A DNA stretch of 54,157 nucleotides from Candidatus Adlerbacteria bacterium (GTDB taxonomy: Bacteria; Patescibacteriota; Minisyncoccia; Phycocordibacterales; SBAW01), in the NCBI GenBank assembly GCA_903851045.1, contig CAINNF010000020.1, positions 1-54,157 on the forward strand. Direction: 5' to 3'. Below the pieces are notes generated by a model. The model did no database searches, had not been told where the DNA came from, and saw only the letters and a list, made by a program, of their open reading frames with translations. This document shows positions 52,950 to 54,157 of this stretch, one piece after another (position 1 is the first letter of the stretch; every line of letters starts with the position of its first letter). A program made the translations under genes and the position numbers.

Positions 52950-54157
52950 GAGTGACACAGAACACTCTTGTTGTGCTCCTTGTGTTGCTTGTGATCTGCC
53001 AAGGCCTGGAGGTGCCGACCGCCTTTGCCGCGACAGGAGCACCGAGGATTTTGAACTACCAGGGACGACTCATGGATGCGACCGGCAACCTCCTCGGTGG
53101 CTCGGGCACCAATTATTGTTTTCGCTTCTCGCTCTATGACAGTCCGATCGCGGGTACCGGCACGAAGGTGTGGCCAGCCGCCGCACCTTCGACCATGACC
53201 ATCCCGGTCAAGAACGGCGTGTTCAACGCGGGTATCGGGGACACGGGCGCCGGTGGCGATACGCTTGACTACAATTTTCAAGACAGTGACACGGTGTATC
53301 TGAACGTGGATGTCGCCACAATGGTCGGACCTACGTGTGCGCCGGGAGATGGGGCTGAGGTGTACGAGACGCTCTCTCCAAGACAACGACTCATGTCGTC
53401 CGCGTATGCTTTGAACTCGAACACGGTCGGGGGTTTTTCTCCCGCACAGAATGCGAGCGGCAGTCAGATACCCGTGCTCACGTCAGGCAATCTTATCCTT
53501 GGTGGCACGAATCCGATATTGAGCGCGACCACCACCAATGTGCTGACCATCCAAGGTAGCGGTACGGGCGACGTCCGTTTTTTTAATTCGAGCAATAAGA
53601 TCGACTCTCTCGGCAACATCACGCTCGCAGGTTCCCTGTTCATGGGTAATGGACTTGCGACCACGACACTCCAAAGCGGTCTGACCGGCACATCGACAAT
53701 CCAAGGATTTTTGAACGTGCTCGGTACTCATTCGACCTCGACCTTTTCAGGCGGGCTATCGGTACAAAGTCTCGCGGTCACTGGTGTAGCCACGTCGACG
53801 TTCGCCAACGGTATTAATCTTTCGGGGGGATGCTTCGCGGTCAACGGCGTGTGTATCGATTCGAACGATAGTTTTGCCACCACCTCCGCCGACTACTATG
53901 TCAACGCATCTTCTACGATCCCAAAGACATACACATCGAACTCGTTCACGGCTACGCAAACATTCGTGAACGCCTCCACCACCAACCTCTCGGCATCGTA
54001 CGCATCCTCAACGCAAGCGAACTTCGGCTCGGTCATCATCGGTGCGCTCGGCGGCATCGTGCACGCCACCGCCGGTGTCATCTCCGCCTCCGCGCTCAAT
54101 CTCGCCACCGAGGTCACGGGCTTCCTCGGTGTCACCAATGGCGGCACGGGTACGTCG
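52946..54157 (+). CDS. 3'-partial secreted tail-fibre-like protein (absent from the ORF track)
   Basis: ATGA overlap with the HTH stop; signal ending TAFA; LNYQGRLMD...FSLYD...NGVF...LSPRQRLMSSAYALN N-terminal domain; ATSTFANGINLSGGCFAVNGVCI; LGVTNGGTG. Open to the window end. Confidence 0.88.
   Translation, partial: MRVTQNTLVVLLVLLVICQGLEVPTAFAATGAPRILNYQGRLMDATGNLLGGSGTNYCFRFSLYDSPIAGTGTKVWPAAAPSTMTIPVKNGVFNAGIGDTGAGGDTLDYNFQDSDTVYLNVDVATMVGPTCAPGDGAEVYETLSPRQRLMSSAYALNSNTVGGFSPAQNASGSQIPVLTSGNLILGGTNPILSATTTNVLTIQGSGTGDVRFFNSSNKIDSLGNITLAGSLFMGNGLATTTLQSGLTGTSTIQGFLNVLGTHSTSTFSGGLSVQSLAVTGVATSTFANGINLSGGCFAVNGVCIDSNDSFATTSADYYVNASSTIPKTYTSNSFTATQTFVNASTTNLSASYASSTQANFGSVIIGALGGIVHATAGVISASALNLATEVTGFLGVTNGGTGTS

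Noticed and set aside
1..54157. CRISPR array or cas genes
   Set aside because: No regularly spaced repeats with unique spacers and no cas-like ORFs were seen.

Overview
Chromosomal window from a CPR (Patescibacteria) bacterium, most likely Parcubacteria. This assignment is inferred from the divergent 16S rRNA and the gene content. Standard code 11 fits, since TGA ends several clear genes. From left to right: (1) the 3' part of an S74-chaperoned, tail-fibre-like adhesin and two envelope genes; (2) secD-secF, a prephenate dehydrogenase-like gene and a P-loop kinase; (3) a stand-alone 16S rRNA with its own promoter, processing stem and terminator, lacking the anti-Shine-Dalgarno tail; (4) speD and tRNA-Ile(GAT), followed by a lower-GC islet of toxin-antitoxin and defence-like genes and gene remnants (~9.2-13.4 kb); (5) a HAD plus ATP-grasp operon behind a leader-peptide attenuator, then msrB, a YbjQ-repeat protein, an S53 peptidase, lepB and Hsp20; (6) a ~31 kb surface-structure locus with a ~5900-aa giant protein, four cohesin-like and two dockerin-bearing proteins, a MacB-like ABC transporter, an FN3 protein and a DUF916-like protein; (7) a membrane-tethered HTH protein with a tandem palindromic operator and the start of a second fibre-like protein. 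The strongest candidates for something new are: a cohesin/dockerin-anchored, possibly donor-strand-assembled surface fibre; an orphan PemK/MazF gene with a convergent antisense sRNA that has its own promoter and terminator; a leaderless His-His-His leader-peptide attenuator; and a 30-nt palindromic element inserted in frame in msrB with a near-identical copy in the 16S leader. All domain calls come from motif recognition by eye, not from database searches.
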